Origin: Candidatus Woesebacteria bacterium RIFCSPLOWO2_01_FULL_44_24b
GTDB lineage: Bacteria; Patescibacteriota; Microgenomatia; UBA8517
NCBI GenBank assembly: GCA_001793235.1
Contig: MGHM01000016.1
Coordinates: 746 to 64,745 of the forward strand
DNA length: 64,000 nt
Direction of reading: 5' to 3'
Part shown: in pieces, positions 8,630 through 17,761 of the stretch
How positions within the stretch are numbered: position 1 is the stretch's first letter
How the letters are laid out: each line of letters opens with the position of its first letter
Position numbers and translations under genes: made by a program
The notes under the pieces: model-generated
Told to the model about the DNA's origin: nothing
The model's database searches: none
What the model saw: only the letters and a program-made list of their open reading frames with translations

Positions 8630-8992
8630 TTGCTTACAGCTACACCTACTTCTTCTTCAGTTTCTTCTGCAACTCCTGTACCCGCAGCCAGCGAAGAGGA
8701 AGCATTGATAGCTCAGACACAAGAGCAGCTGGTAGCTGAGCATGGGCCGAGTGCTAAAAGCCTTGATGTAACCGTTTCTACAATTTCAGGCAACTTCGCT
8801 CAAGGTGCGGCCAGCGAGGTGGGCTTTGGCGGAGGCATGTGGTTTGCAGCTAAAGTAGACGGCAAGTGGGAATTGGTTTGGGACGGCAACGGAATGATTA
8901 CATGCAATGATTTGATTAACTATCCCGATTTCCCACCAAGCATGATCCCGGCTTGCTATGACATGGGAAGTGAAGAAATGAAGGACCGGTAA
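8630..8992 (+). CDS. hypothetical Ser/Thr-rich secreted protein (body; signal peptide possibly in another frame at 8530..8610)
   Basis: A short ORF MKNILMIILVLVVLGGAIFAFYLLGD stops at about 8610 in a different frame immediately upstream. The body is S/T-rich and then globular. Confidence 0.35.
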   Translation: MLTATPTSSSVSSATPVPAASEEEALIAQTQEQLVAEHGPSAKSLDVTVSTISGNFAQGAASEVGFGGGMWFAAKVDGKWELVWDGNGMITCNDLINYPDFPPSMIPACYDMGSEEMKDR

Positions 8993-9445
8993 TTACAACT
9001 CCAGTTCCCCACAGGAAACATAAACGCTTGCCAGCGTTGTGGACTTGTGAACATTAATAAGAAGTGGCTGCTGTGCCTTCAGCTCGTCAAAGCCTACGGG
9101 TAAGGTCGTTACTGCTTGGCCGTCCGTTGGAAACTCGAGCGGGTAGACCACCGCGCCGGTATTGGCGCAATCACCGGTATGAATGTGCGAAGGCTGGACA
9201 ACTCCTGCAGGAGCGCCCAGCATGTCTACAGTTACTTCGACTTTGCCGTCTTTCTCTACTAAAGTGGCTGTGCCTGATTCACCGGAGTCGTTCAATTCAT
9301 TTAAAACAACTACCACCGAATTTTCTTCAACAGTTGCCTGTGGAGCCTGATTATAGTCTGCGGGCATGCCGCTTTGGGAGAAAAGCAGCAATCCTATCAC
9401 CGCCACCAAGATAACTGCAAGGACAATGAGCAGATTTTTATTCAC
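8993..9445 (-). CDS. secreted/membrane-anchored CHRD domain protein
   Basis: N-terminal TM or signal peptide. PSHIHTGDCANTGAVVYPL and LINVHKSTTLASVYVSCGEL match the two CHRD motifs. Confidence 0.55.
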   Translation of the reverse strand: MNKNLLIVLAVILVAVIGLLLFSQSGMPADYNQAPQATVEENSVVVVLNELNDSGESGTATLVEKDGKVEVTVDMLGAPAGVVQPSHIHTGDCANTGAVVYPLEFPTDGQAVTTLPVGFDELKAQQPLLINVHKSTTLASVYVSCGELEL

Positions 9446-9504
9446 TTTTATATTAGACTAAAAGTTGCCGCGCATTGTCAAGTGGGAGTATACTATAGGG
9501 GTAT

Positions 9505-9711
9505 ATGATAGAATCACTTTGTCTGGATTGCCCATATTTTAGGTCGCTTCCTCTAAAAATACAAGAAGTTGAAACGATTTCTGGGGAAGCAACAGAATCT
9601 GAGCCAACGGTACTCTCCGAGCTTCCCGAGATGTGTGAACGTTGTAAAGCTATACGGGCAATCGATAAAGCGCTGGAGCGCAAGATAAATGACATTATTT
9701 TTAGAAAGTGA
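9505..9711 (+). CDS. hypothetical small Cys-containing protein
   Basis: 68 aa with CLDC ... CERC pairs. Overlaps the next gene start by 4 nt. Confidence 0.3.
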   Translation: MIESLCLDCPYFRSLPLKIQEVETISGEATESEPTVLSELPEMCERCKAIRAIDKALERKINDIIFRK

Positions 9712-10415
9712 CTTCAATTAACCAAATCAAAAGAGAGCTTAGACAAAAGGGGGACCCCGTGCGCGCGGAGCACTCCAGGCGTTTTTTCAAAACCGGCAAA
9801 GGGCAATATGGCGAAGGAGACGTGTTTTTAGGATTATCAGTTCCTGAGATGCGCGAGATTGCCAAAAAATATAAAGACCTGGAACTTAGTGAAATTGAGA
9901 AACTGCTCCGGTCCAAAATTCACGAGGAACGCTTTACTGCAATTGAGATTTTGAATTTTAAGTATAAAGATGCATTGGCACCAGCAAGAAGCAAGATTGT
10001 AAATTTTTATTTAAAGTATAAAGAGTTTGTTAACAACTGGGATTTGGTTGACGATTCGGCTCCGTATATTTTGGGAAACTGGCTTTTAGATAAGGATACT
10101 AAGATTTTGCATAAGCTGGCTGGTTCAAAAAGCCTATGGGACAGGCGCATTGCGATAGTTGCGACTTTCGCTTTTATCAAAAACGATCGTTTTAAAGATA
10201 CCCTTGAGATTTCGGAGAAGCTTCTAGACGACGATGAGGATTTAATTCACAAGGCAGTCGGCTGGATGCTCAGAGAAGTCGGCAAAAAGGATATAAAACT
10301 TCTCGAGAAGTTTCTTGCCAAGCATGCGAGCCACATGCCCAGAACCGCGCTTCGCCACGCCATCGAGCGTTTCCCCGAAAGTAAGCGGGAAAAGTACCTT
10401 AAGATTTCCGGCTAA
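9708..10415 (+). CDS. DNA alkylation repair protein (AlkD/AlkC-like HEAT-repeat glycosylase family)
   Basis: RAEHSRRFFKTG, WDLVDDSAPYILGNWL and WDRRIAIVATF motifs of pfam08713-type proteins. Confidence 0.75.
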   Translation: MTSINQIKRELRQKGDPVRAEHSRRFFKTGKGQYGEGDVFLGLSVPEMREIAKKYKDLELSEIEKLLRSKIHEERFTAIEILNFKYKDALAPARSKIVNFYLKYKEFVNNWDLVDDSAPYILGNWLLDKDTKILHKLAGSKSLWDRRIAIVATFAFIKNDRFKDTLEISEKLLDDDEDLIHKAVGWMLREVGKKDIKLLEKFLAKHASHMPRTALRHAIERFPESKREKYLKISG

Positions 10416-10433
10416 TGATGCTACACTGGATGA

Positions 10434-11678
10434 ATGGCACAGGGTGGCAAAATAAAGAAAAACTGGAAAGCGAAAATTGGTGAGCAAAAAGATGTTGCCA
10501 AGGATACAAAAGAAATTACTTTTGAGATCCACGAGCCGGGTTTTGCTTTTAAGGCTGGTCAGTATGTTTGGATTATAGTTCCCGAACTTCATTATGAGGA
10601 CCCCAGGGGAAATAGAAGGGCGTTTTCAATTTGTTCATCGCCTTCGGAGGATGGCAGGATTTCGGTAGTCTTCAGGAATTACCCGAGCGGCTTTAAAAAG
10701 ACTCTGACCGAGCTTCCGGCGGGTTCCGAGGTATCTGTAGTGGGTCCGTTCGGCTATCTTGATTTTCCCGATAATCCCGAAGCTTCCGTGGTGTTTATTG
10801 CCGGAGGTGTGGGTGTAGCGCCTTTTATGAGCATGGTTAGGAGCGCCGCCGCGAATAAAGACGCAAGAAAAATTACTCTTCTGTATGCCAATTCCACTGA
10901 GACGAAGGCGGTCTATGCCGACGAGCTCTCAAAAATTGCTTCCGAAAATAAAAATATAATTATCAAAGAAAAGAAGGGCACTGTTGACTGGGACTGGATT
11001 TCGGAGTCTGTTTCCGCGCCGGCCAGTGTAATTTGGTATGTAATAGGACCAAAAGATATGGTAAGCGAAGTAGCAAGGCTTTTGTATGACAATGGAGTAG
11101 AAGAAAAGAGTATCAGGTTTGAGGAATTTTATGTCAGCCGCGACTCGCTTAATGTGTCACTTGAAAAAATATGGGACACTGCCGAGGTTTTTAAACTTGC
11201 CGTTGAAAGTTCGTTTAATCATATAATTTTAACCGATATCAACGCAAACATAGTTTTTGCTAATAAAGGTGCCGAGATAATTACCGGTTTTACCAACAAG
11301 GAGATGGTTGGCCAGACGCCAAGGCTTTGGGGCGGGCTCATGGCTAAGGCCTTTTATGAAAAAATGTGGCAAACCATTAAAAATGAGAAAAGACCTTTTG
11401 AAGCTGAAATCAAAAATAGAAGAAAAAGCGGCGAAATTTACCAGACAATTACCCGAATCTCGCCCATTTTTGACAAGACAAATGGTCTTATCGGTTTTAT
11501 GGGGACCGAGGAAGATATAAGCCGCAGGTTAATGCTGGAAGAAGATTTAAAAAATAAAATTGCTGAACTTGAAAAGATAAATAAATTTATGATTGGCCGC
11601 GAGGTTGAAATGCGGGACCTTAAGGAGCGTATCGCGAAACTTCAGCTTGAAATTAAAAAACAAAAAGGGGGTGGTTAA
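10434..11678 (+). CDS. FNR-like FAD/NAD(P)-binding oxidoreductase domain fused to PAS domain and C-terminal coiled coil (output-less sensor)
   Basis: RAFSICSSP (RxYS FAD motif) and GGVGVAPFMSM (NAD-binding motif). A PAS domain (TDINANIVFANKGAEIITGFTNKEMVGQTPR) ends in DIS. C-terminal AELEKINKFMIGREVEMRDLKERIAKLQ. Confidence 0.75.
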   Translation: MAQGGKIKKNWKAKIGEQKDVAKDTKEITFEIHEPGFAFKAGQYVWIIVPELHYEDPRGNRRAFSICSSPSEDGRISVVFRNYPSGFKKTLTELPAGSEVSVVGPFGYLDFPDNPEASVVFIAGGVGVAPFMSMVRSAAANKDARKITLLYANSTETKAVYADELSKIASENKNIIIKEKKGTVDWDWISESVSAPASVIWYVIGPKDMVSEVARLLYDNGVEEKSIRFEEFYVSRDSLNVSLEKIWDTAEVFKLAVESSFNHIILTDINANIVFANKGAEIITGFTNKEMVGQTPRLWGGLMAKAFYEKMWQTIKNEKRPFEAEIKNRRKSGEIYQTITRISPIFDKTNGLIGFMGTEEDISRRLMLEEDLKNKIAELEKINKFMIGREVEMRDLKERIAKLQLEIKKQKGGG

Positions 11679-11679
11679 C

Positions 11680-12252
11680 ATGACTAACAACACCAATGCA
11701 GATGAAATATGGGGAGTTGCCTGGACGTACATCAGAACCGTGGTTGACACACTGCGGGAGCCGTTCTTGGTTCTCAATGGAAAACTGCAAGTTGTCTCTG
11801 CGAACAAAACTTTCTACTCCGTTTTTCAGGTTACACCTGAAGATACGGAAGGGCACCTGGTTTATGAGCTGGGAAACGGTCAATGGAATATTCCAAAGCT
11901 TAAAATCCTTCTGGAAGACATTTTGCCCAAAAATACCTATCTTGAAGATTTTCGAGTTGAACATGATTTTCCCAAAATCGGGCACAAAGTTATGATGCTT
12001 AACGCCCGCGAGGTTCATGGCGTGGAGACCCAAGGTTCTATCATCCTTCTGGCAATGGAGGACATTACAAAACAGATGCAGCTTGAGGATCAATTGCGCG
12101 ATTATGTCAAAAAACTCAACCTTGAGGTGGCTAAAAAAACTGCGGAGCTGGAACTGCGAGTAAAGGAGCTTGAGCGATTGAATGAAATTATGATGGGCAG
12201 GGAAGTGAAAATGTCTCAGTTGAAAGAAGAGATCGGGAAGCTTAAACGGTGA
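11680..12252 (+). CDS. PAS domain protein with C-terminal coiled coil (output-less)
   Basis: Strong RBS aaggggg before the ATG at 11680. PAS fold ending in EDIT. C-terminal ELERLNEIMMGREVKMSQLKEEIGKLK. Confidence 0.7.
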   Translation: MTNNTNADEIWGVAWTYIRTVVDTLREPFLVLNGKLQVVSANKTFYSVFQVTPEDTEGHLVYELGNGQWNIPKLKILLEDILPKNTYLEDFRVEHDFPKIGHKVMMLNAREVHGVETQGSIILLAMEDITKQMQLEDQLRDYVKKLNLEVAKKTAELELRVKELERLNEIMMGREVKMSQLKEEIGKLKR

Positions 12253-12264
12253 CAAGGAAAAGCC

Positions 12265-13800
12265 ATGAATCCGAACCTGTCCAAAACAAAATTATTAAGT
12301 CAAGCAACCGGAACGGGAGTAATCTCGGTTGTTCTTCTGGCTATTGGCCTGTTTGTTACCTTTCTTGCCTGGCGCTACACTCAAAATAGTGTTACACAAA
12401 GCGCACAGGACCAATTTAGTGCTGAAGTTAATCAGATTGAACATACGGTGGCAAGAAGGATTGAAACTTATAATCGTGTGCTTTATTCACTTCAAGGTCT
12501 ATTTGCAGCCTCCGATTCCGTTGATAGAGATGAGTGGAGCCCGTTTACTAAAACTGCAAAAATCTCTGATTACCCCGATATTGAATATATCAGCTATCTT
12601 GAGATAGTAAGGGCTGGCGAGAAAGAAGCATTTGTAGAGAATTTTAGGAGCGATAAAAGTACAAGTCCTGTTGGCTATCCGGGACTTAATATTTACCCTG
12701 AAGCCACAAAGGATGAGTATGCTGTCGTAAAATATATTGAGCCTGAAAATGAAGTTTCTATCAAAGCTTTAGGCTTTGATTTGTATTCAAGTCCTCCCAG
12801 AAAAGCTGCTTTAGACAAGGCGCGCGATACCAACCAACCTGTAGCTAGCGAGATTGTAAAGTTTGTTACGGACGGCTCTTTGGGCTTTTTTATTTCGGTA
12901 CCAGTCTACCAAAATGGCGTGCCGGTGAACACTGTCGATGAAAGAAGAGCGGCATTGGTGGGCTTTGTAAATCTGGCTATCAAAAACACTCACTTGTTTG
13001 TTGACGCTTTTTCACCCGGTAGCCGTACGGGCGTGCAATTTACGATTTCTGATGGGGTGCAAGTAATTTATACAAGTGGAGAAGTTGTGAATACTCCTGG
13101 CACATACTCTCAAACAAGAGTACTTGAAATGGGCGGGCGGACGTGGACTCTGAAGGTTATTAGCGACCCTTTGTTTAGCCAATCATTCTCACAAAAGACC
13201 CTTCCTTTGGTAGTAGCCATAGGCGGAACTTTACTAAGCTTACTTTTGTTTTGGATAATTTATTATTCAGGAAGGTCTGCCAACCGGCTCATCAGGCTTC
13301 AAGGCACGGCTCTCGAAGCCGCTGCCAATAGCATTGTTATTACAGACATCAATGGGATTATTCAGTGGGTGAATCCGGCTTTTACCAAACTTACTGGATA
13401 CCCGGCCGCTGAGGCAGTGGGGCAATCAACACGTATTCTTAACTCGGGCAAACAACGTAAAGAATTTTATGAGAACCTTTGGAAAACTATTTTGGCAGGG
13501 AAAACATGGAAGGGCGAGATGATCAATAAACGCAAGGACGGGACGCTCTATTATGAGGAGCAGACTATCGCCCCGGTCAAGGACAAAAGTGGAAGGCTAA
13601 TAAACTTTATAGCAATTAAGCAAGACGTTACAGCCCGAAATGAGTTTGAGCGCACGCTTGAGGAGACAAAAAATAATCTAGGCCAAAAAGTGGCGGAGCT
13701 GGAAAAACTGAACAGATTCATGGTTGGGCGGGAACTTAAAATGCGCGAGTTGAAACAGCACATCGTCGAGCTTGAGGCAAAGAAGGGAGACAATGGATAG
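12265..13800 (+). CDS. membrane sensor: TM-periplasmic CHASE-like domain-TM-PAS-coiled coil (output-less)
   Basis: Two TM segments flank an extracytoplasmic domain of about 270 aa. Cytoplasmic PAS (ITDINGIIQWVNPAFTKLTGY ... ) ends in IKQDVT. C-terminal AELEKLNRFMVGRELKMRELKQHIVELE. Confidence 0.7.
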   Translation: MNPNLSKTKLLSQATGTGVISVVLLAIGLFVTFLAWRYTQNSVTQSAQDQFSAEVNQIEHTVARRIETYNRVLYSLQGLFAASDSVDRDEWSPFTKTAKISDYPDIEYISYLEIVRAGEKEAFVENFRSDKSTSPVGYPGLNIYPEATKDEYAVVKYIEPENEVSIKALGFDLYSSPPRKAALDKARDTNQPVASEIVKFVTDGSLGFFISVPVYQNGVPVNTVDERRAALVGFVNLAIKNTHLFVDAFSPGSRTGVQFTISDGVQVIYTSGEVVNTPGTYSQTRVLEMGGRTWTLKVISDPLFSQSFSQKTLPLVVAIGGTLLSLLLFWIIYYSGRSANRLIRLQGTALEAAANSIVITDINGIIQWVNPAFTKLTGYPAAEAVGQSTRILNSGKQRKEFYENLWKTILAGKTWKGEMINKRKDGTLYYEEQTIAPVKDKSGRLINFIAIKQDVTARNEFERTLEETKNNLGQKVAELEKLNRFMVGRELKMRELKQHIVELEAKKGDNG

Positions 13801-15412
13801 TTTAGTATCTGAACAGGAAAACTCAATACTGAATTTGCTGCCGGTCGGGGTGGGGATTTCGGATATGCAGGGGAATCTCTTGTTTTATAACACCGCGATG
13901 CTTGCCTCAGGCGGCTATTCGCGGGAGGAGATGCAAAAGATCGACAATGTTGCGGCTTTGTATTATGACCCCGAAGCACGAACTAAAGTTCTGTCTCTTG
14001 CGAAAAGCCAAGGGTATGTGAACGGTTGTGAGGTGGAATTTAAACGCCGGGATGGCTCACCCTATTCTACGTTGCTCTCCCTAAGAATGATTCGTTATAA
14101 AGAGGCTCCCGCGTGGCTGGCGATAGTGGAGGATATTACAAAGAAAAAATCTCTCGAAGTGTCGGAAGAAAAACGCACTGGTGACCTTGAAAACACCAAA
14201 CTTGCCATGATAAACCTTTTGGAGGATCTTGACGCAGAGAAAGCTGTGTTGGAGCAAGAAAGGAAAAAGGACGATGCCCTTTTGGTCAGTATTGGCGATG
14301 GCGTAGTGGTGACGGATGAGCTGGGCCATATAACTTTCGTCAATAAAGCTTTTGAAGATTTAACCGGATGGAGTCTTCTGGAAGTTGCCGGGAAGTTAAT
14401 GGTGGACATATTGCCTAAGTATGATGAAAAAGATGGGTTGATTGAGCACGCCGAGCGTTCAGTAACCAAAGTATTGGAAGGAAAAGTTGCAAGGGGCAGC
14501 ATGAGTACTCTAAATCGTTCGCATTATTACAAAAAAAAGGACGGCTCGAAAATGCCCATTGTCGGTGTTGTTACTCCAATTGTGGTTAATGACGCAATTG
14601 CGGGTGCCGTTCAGGTGTTTAGGGATGTTACCCTCGAAAAGGAAATTGACACAATGAAGGACGAGTTCGTGTCCATTGCGAGTCATGAGCTTCGAACCCC
14701 GTTGACAGCCATTGACGGCTTGGTTTCCATGATCCTTGACGGCGAATATGGGCATGTCGGCGAAAACCTTAGTCAGCCGCTCAAGGACATCAGCACTTCC
14801 AGCGAGAGGCTTATAAGGCTCGTAAATGACCTTCTCAATCTGTCAAGACTCCGAGCAGGAAGACTTCAGTATAATCTTACCGATTTTTCTATTTCGGCTA
14901 TTGTGCATAAAGTTGTAGAGTTGTTAGCTCAAATGTTTGAAGAAAAAGGGTTTTATTTAAAGATTGCGAGCGATCTTGAAGTAAATGTTTTTGCGGACAG
15001 CGATAAGGTAGAGCAGATTCTTAATAATCTGATTGGTAACTCGCTTAAGTTTACGGACAAAGGTGGGGCCGTTGTTAATGTAGAAGAACTTCCGGACTTA
15101 ATTAAAGTTAGTATTGTAGATACTGGAATCGGCATAGAAAAGGACGCTCAAGGACAACTTTTTGGCAGGTTCCAGCAGATCGGTACGTCTGGTAACAGAC
15201 CGCAGGGAACGGGCTTGGGGCTTCATATCAGCCGCGAGATGGTGAGAAGAATGGGCGGGGACCTGGTGCTTGAAAATTCCGAGCCGGGAAAGGGGAGTAC
15301 ATTTACTTTTACTTTACCTAAAGTTGGAGGCCCGCTGGCTGAAAAAATTAGAGAAGAAATCATCCTTGAAGCAAGGATGCATCCCGACCAAAAATCGGAT
15401 ATAATGGGTTGA
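13793..15412 (+). CDS. PAS-PAS sensor histidine kinase (HisKA + HATPase_c)
   Basis: The ATG overlaps the upstream stop (ATGGATAG) and is preceded by an aagggag RBS. H-box FVSIASHELRTPLTAI. N, G1 and G2 boxes (NLIGNSLKFT, DTGIGI, GTGLGLHISREMV). Confidence 0.85.
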   Translation: MDSLVSEQENSILNLLPVGVGISDMQGNLLFYNTAMLASGGYSREEMQKIDNVAALYYDPEARTKVLSLAKSQGYVNGCEVEFKRRDGSPYSTLLSLRMIRYKEAPAWLAIVEDITKKKSLEVSEEKRTGDLENTKLAMINLLEDLDAEKAVLEQERKKDDALLVSIGDGVVVTDELGHITFVNKAFEDLTGWSLLEVAGKLMVDILPKYDEKDGLIEHAERSVTKVLEGKVARGSMSTLNRSHYYKKKDGSKMPIVGVVTPIVVNDAIAGAVQVFRDVTLEKEIDTMKDEFVSIASHELRTPLTAIDGLVSMILDGEYGHVGENLSQPLKDISTSSERLIRLVNDLLNLSRLRAGRLQYNLTDFSISAIVHKVVELLAQMFEEKGFYLKIASDLEVNVFADSDKVEQILNNLIGNSLKFTDKGGAVVNVEELPDLIKVSIVDTGIGIEKDAQGQLFGRFQQIGTSGNRPQGTGLGLHISREMVRRMGGDLVLENSEPGKGSTFTFTLPKVGGPLAEKIREEIILEARMHPDQKSDIMG

Positions 15413-15415
15413 ACT

Positions 15416-15823
15416 ATGGCAGAGCCTAAAAAGATATTAATAGTTGAGGATGACACTGTCTTGGCCGGCATGTATAAAAAGCTTCTCGAAAACCACGGCT
15501 TTCATGTAGTAACCGCAGAAGATGGAGAAGCGGGGCTTTTAACTGCGGTTTCAGAAAAACCAGATTTGGTACTCCTCGATATCCGAATGCCTAAAATGGA
15601 CGGCTTGACCATGATGGACAACTTACGAAAAAATGAGTGGGGCAAAACGGTTCCGATAATAATTTTTACAAATCTGGATACAAACGAGGAAATGCTAGTG
15701 CAGATTGTGAAAGGCATGCCAACTTTTTATTTGGTTAAAAGTAACACTCGTCCGGAAACAGTACTTGAAAAGGTGGACGAGGTATTAAATCCTTTAGGAA
15801 ATGGCAAAGATACTATTAGTTGA
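15416..15823 (+). CDS. single-domain response regulator (receiver only)
   Basis: ILIVEDD ... DLVLLDIRMPKMDG ... YLVKS. CheY-like, no output domain. Confidence 0.85.
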   Translation: MAEPKKILIVEDDTVLAGMYKKLLENHGFHVVTAEDGEAGLLTAVSEKPDLVLLDIRMPKMDGLTMMDNLRKNEWGKTVPIIIFTNLDTNEEMLVQIVKGMPTFYLVKSNTRPETVLEKVDEVLNPLGNGKDTIS

Positions 15824-16202
15824 TGACGATGCGCTTCTGGTAAGAATGTACCAGAAGAAAATGGAGAACGATGGTTTTGTTGTTGAAACCGCCGCTGACG
15901 GTGTTGAAGGCTTAAAAAAAGTCCTCGAGTTTAAGCCCGATTTGATTCTCCTGGATGTGATGATGCCCAAGCTCAACGGCTTTGAGATGCTGGAGCGGCT
16001 CAAGGCTCAGGAGGCAACAAGTAAAATTCCAGTTATAATTTTGAGTAACGTTGGTGCCTCCGAGGAGGACATTGAAAAAGGATTTAGCTTGGGCGCGGTT
16101 TCGTATTTGGTTAAGTCCGGCAACCGCCCCAATATGGTTGTGGCCAAGGTTAAGGAAGTCTTGTTTGGTTATGTGCGCGAAGTCCCCAAAGTAGCAGCCT
16201 AG
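15801..16202 (+). CDS. single-domain response regulator (receiver only)
   Basis: ILLVDDD ... DLILLDVMMPKLNG ... YLVKS. Paralogue of the gene at 15416. Confidence 0.85.
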   Translation: MAKILLVDDDALLVRMYQKKMENDGFVVETAADGVEGLKKVLEFKPDLILLDVMMPKLNGFEMLERLKAQEATSKIPVIILSNVGASEEDIEKGFSLGAVSYLVKSGNRPNMVVAKVKEVLFGYVREVPKVAA

Positions 16203-17755
16203 ACCTCCAGATGCTTTTTGAGAAATCTGGATAAGAAGAAAACCGGAATAACGGATAGGGTTATTAAAATTATGCTTCCAAGAAATGTTAAGTTGATTGA
16301 CGCCTGAGCCGCATCGGTAAGAGTATTTTCGGGCTTTGCTACCGAAATCATCCCGATTGTCTCGCCACCGAACGATGTAAGAGGCGCATAGGCAACGTAG
16401 TATGGCCGGTTATAAATCTGCGATGTACCGATGAAAGTTTCGCCGTTTTCCAATACTTTTTTGATTATTGCCTGATTTGCCTCTTTGGTCCCCACAAATC
16501 TTGACTTGCCATCTTCGGAAACTAAAGTTGTGGCGGCGCGTTTGTCCCGGCCGAAGATGGTGGTGTCAAGGCCGGTTGCGTTTTTTACTCCGTCCACAAA
16601 CGAATTATCAATTCTAACACCAGCCAGAACCATTCCCACAATAGCCGAGTCACTTCCCTTAACAGGCGCTGCAGCTTTTATAAAGGTTTCCGGAGCAATT
16701 ACACCTTCAAGAGATGAGAGTGTTGAGACGCTCTCGCCCTTCAGGGCTGCTTCAAATAATGCGTCCCCTTTTAACGACTCGTTTGTGGCATCGCGGTTTT
16801 CGGCACGGACTACCACGCGCCCCGAGGAGTCAATCAGCGCAAGCGTTGTCAGGCCTTGGGTTGTGAGGTGAGCGCTTGTTAGAGCATATAAAGCATCACT
16901 GTCTCCGGCGGTAAAGGCCTGCAGAACCGAGTTGTCTGCCGCCACCGCTTGAGCGTGGGCAAGTGCTTCGGACTTAAGAGACTCGAGTGAGTACTGCATT
17001 ACGTTAGTATCGGTTTTAAGGTGTGCCAAAGCGTCATTTTGCAAGTTGTTAAGTAGGAGGTACGTAAAAAATAGTGTTGTAGACAAGAAGATAAAAACAG
17101 AAAGCGCAATAGTTATTACAAAAAGCTGAATTTGCAGCCTGAAGCGGATAAAACCCCAAATCCATACTCCAAGTATGACTATTCCTATCCCCATGAAAGC
17201 GCTTTCGATGTTTGCAATCAGACCGAATTTGGCAAGTAACCTTGACCAATGAACTATTGAGGTATCAGACCACGCGAAGCTCACCGAAATTATTTTGGCA
17301 ATGCCCAGAAAAAGGAAAGCCAAAGCTGCAGGTTTGAGCTGCTTTTCATAGCCTTCGGTTGATTTTCGGTAGTAAACCAGAGCAATGAGAAAGTACAGTA
17401 CGGCAGACAGTGGAGTGAGTGCAAATCCTAAGGCCGGGATAAATGCAGCAGCCTTCCTGGTTTTTGGCGGGGAGAGTACCGGTTCGCCGATAAGGCTTGC
17501 GAGAATTAAGATAAGCCCGAAAACTTCGGTAATTTCGAGTACCACCATCAAGGCACTTGAGGCAGGCGAAGCCGCACGAGCTGCCTGTACGGCGGCGAGC
17601 ACAAGAAAACCCATGCTTCTGGTAAATACCGTCTTGCTTTTGATGTTTACCACCCAGGAATCAAAATATAAAAGTGCGGCCGAGAAAAATACAAAGGCAC
17701 TAAGAACAGCCAGCGTAAAGTGGGCGGTGTTGGCGAATAAAAGATACAAGAGCAT
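16199..17755 (-). CDS. polytopic membrane protein with extracytoplasmic Cache-like sensor domain and C-terminal TM (no output domain)
   Basis: About 7 N-terminal TM helices, a 250-aa Ser/Ala/Gly-rich alpha/beta region, and a final TM (LTFLGSIILITLSVIPVFFL). Confidence 0.5.
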   Translation of the reverse strand: MLLYLLFANTAHFTLAVLSAFVFFSAALLYFDSWVVNIKSKTVFTRSMGFLVLAAVQAARAASPASSALMVVLEITEVFGLILILASLIGEPVLSPPKTRKAAAFIPALGFALTPLSAVLYFLIALVYYRKSTEGYEKQLKPAALAFLFLGIAKIISVSFAWSDTSIVHWSRLLAKFGLIANIESAFMGIGIVILGVWIWGFIRFRLQIQLFVITIALSVFIFLSTTLFFTYLLLNNLQNDALAHLKTDTNVMQYSLESLKSEALAHAQAVAADNSVLQAFTAGDSDALYALTSAHLTTQGLTTLALIDSSGRVVVRAENRDATNESLKGDALFEAALKGESVSTLSSLEGVIAPETFIKAAAPVKGSDSAIVGMVLAGVRIDNSFVDGVKNATGLDTTIFGRDKRAATTLVSEDGKSRFVGTKEANQAIIKKVLENGETFIGTSQIYNRPYYVAYAPLTSFGGETIGMISVAKPENTLTDAAQASINLTFLGSIILITLSVIPVFFLSRFLKKHLEV

Positions 17756-17761
17756 ATTTAA

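Noticed and set aside
11653-12255. 200-aa minus-strand ORF, and similar long antisense ORFs (3255..3509, 5693..6001, 33369..33905, 34312..34974, 40757..41059, 57972..58190)
   Set aside because: Each lies entirely inside a well-supported sense gene with clear domain signatures. The compositions are unprotein-like (Cys/Arg/Phe rich) and typical of GC-biased antisense frames.
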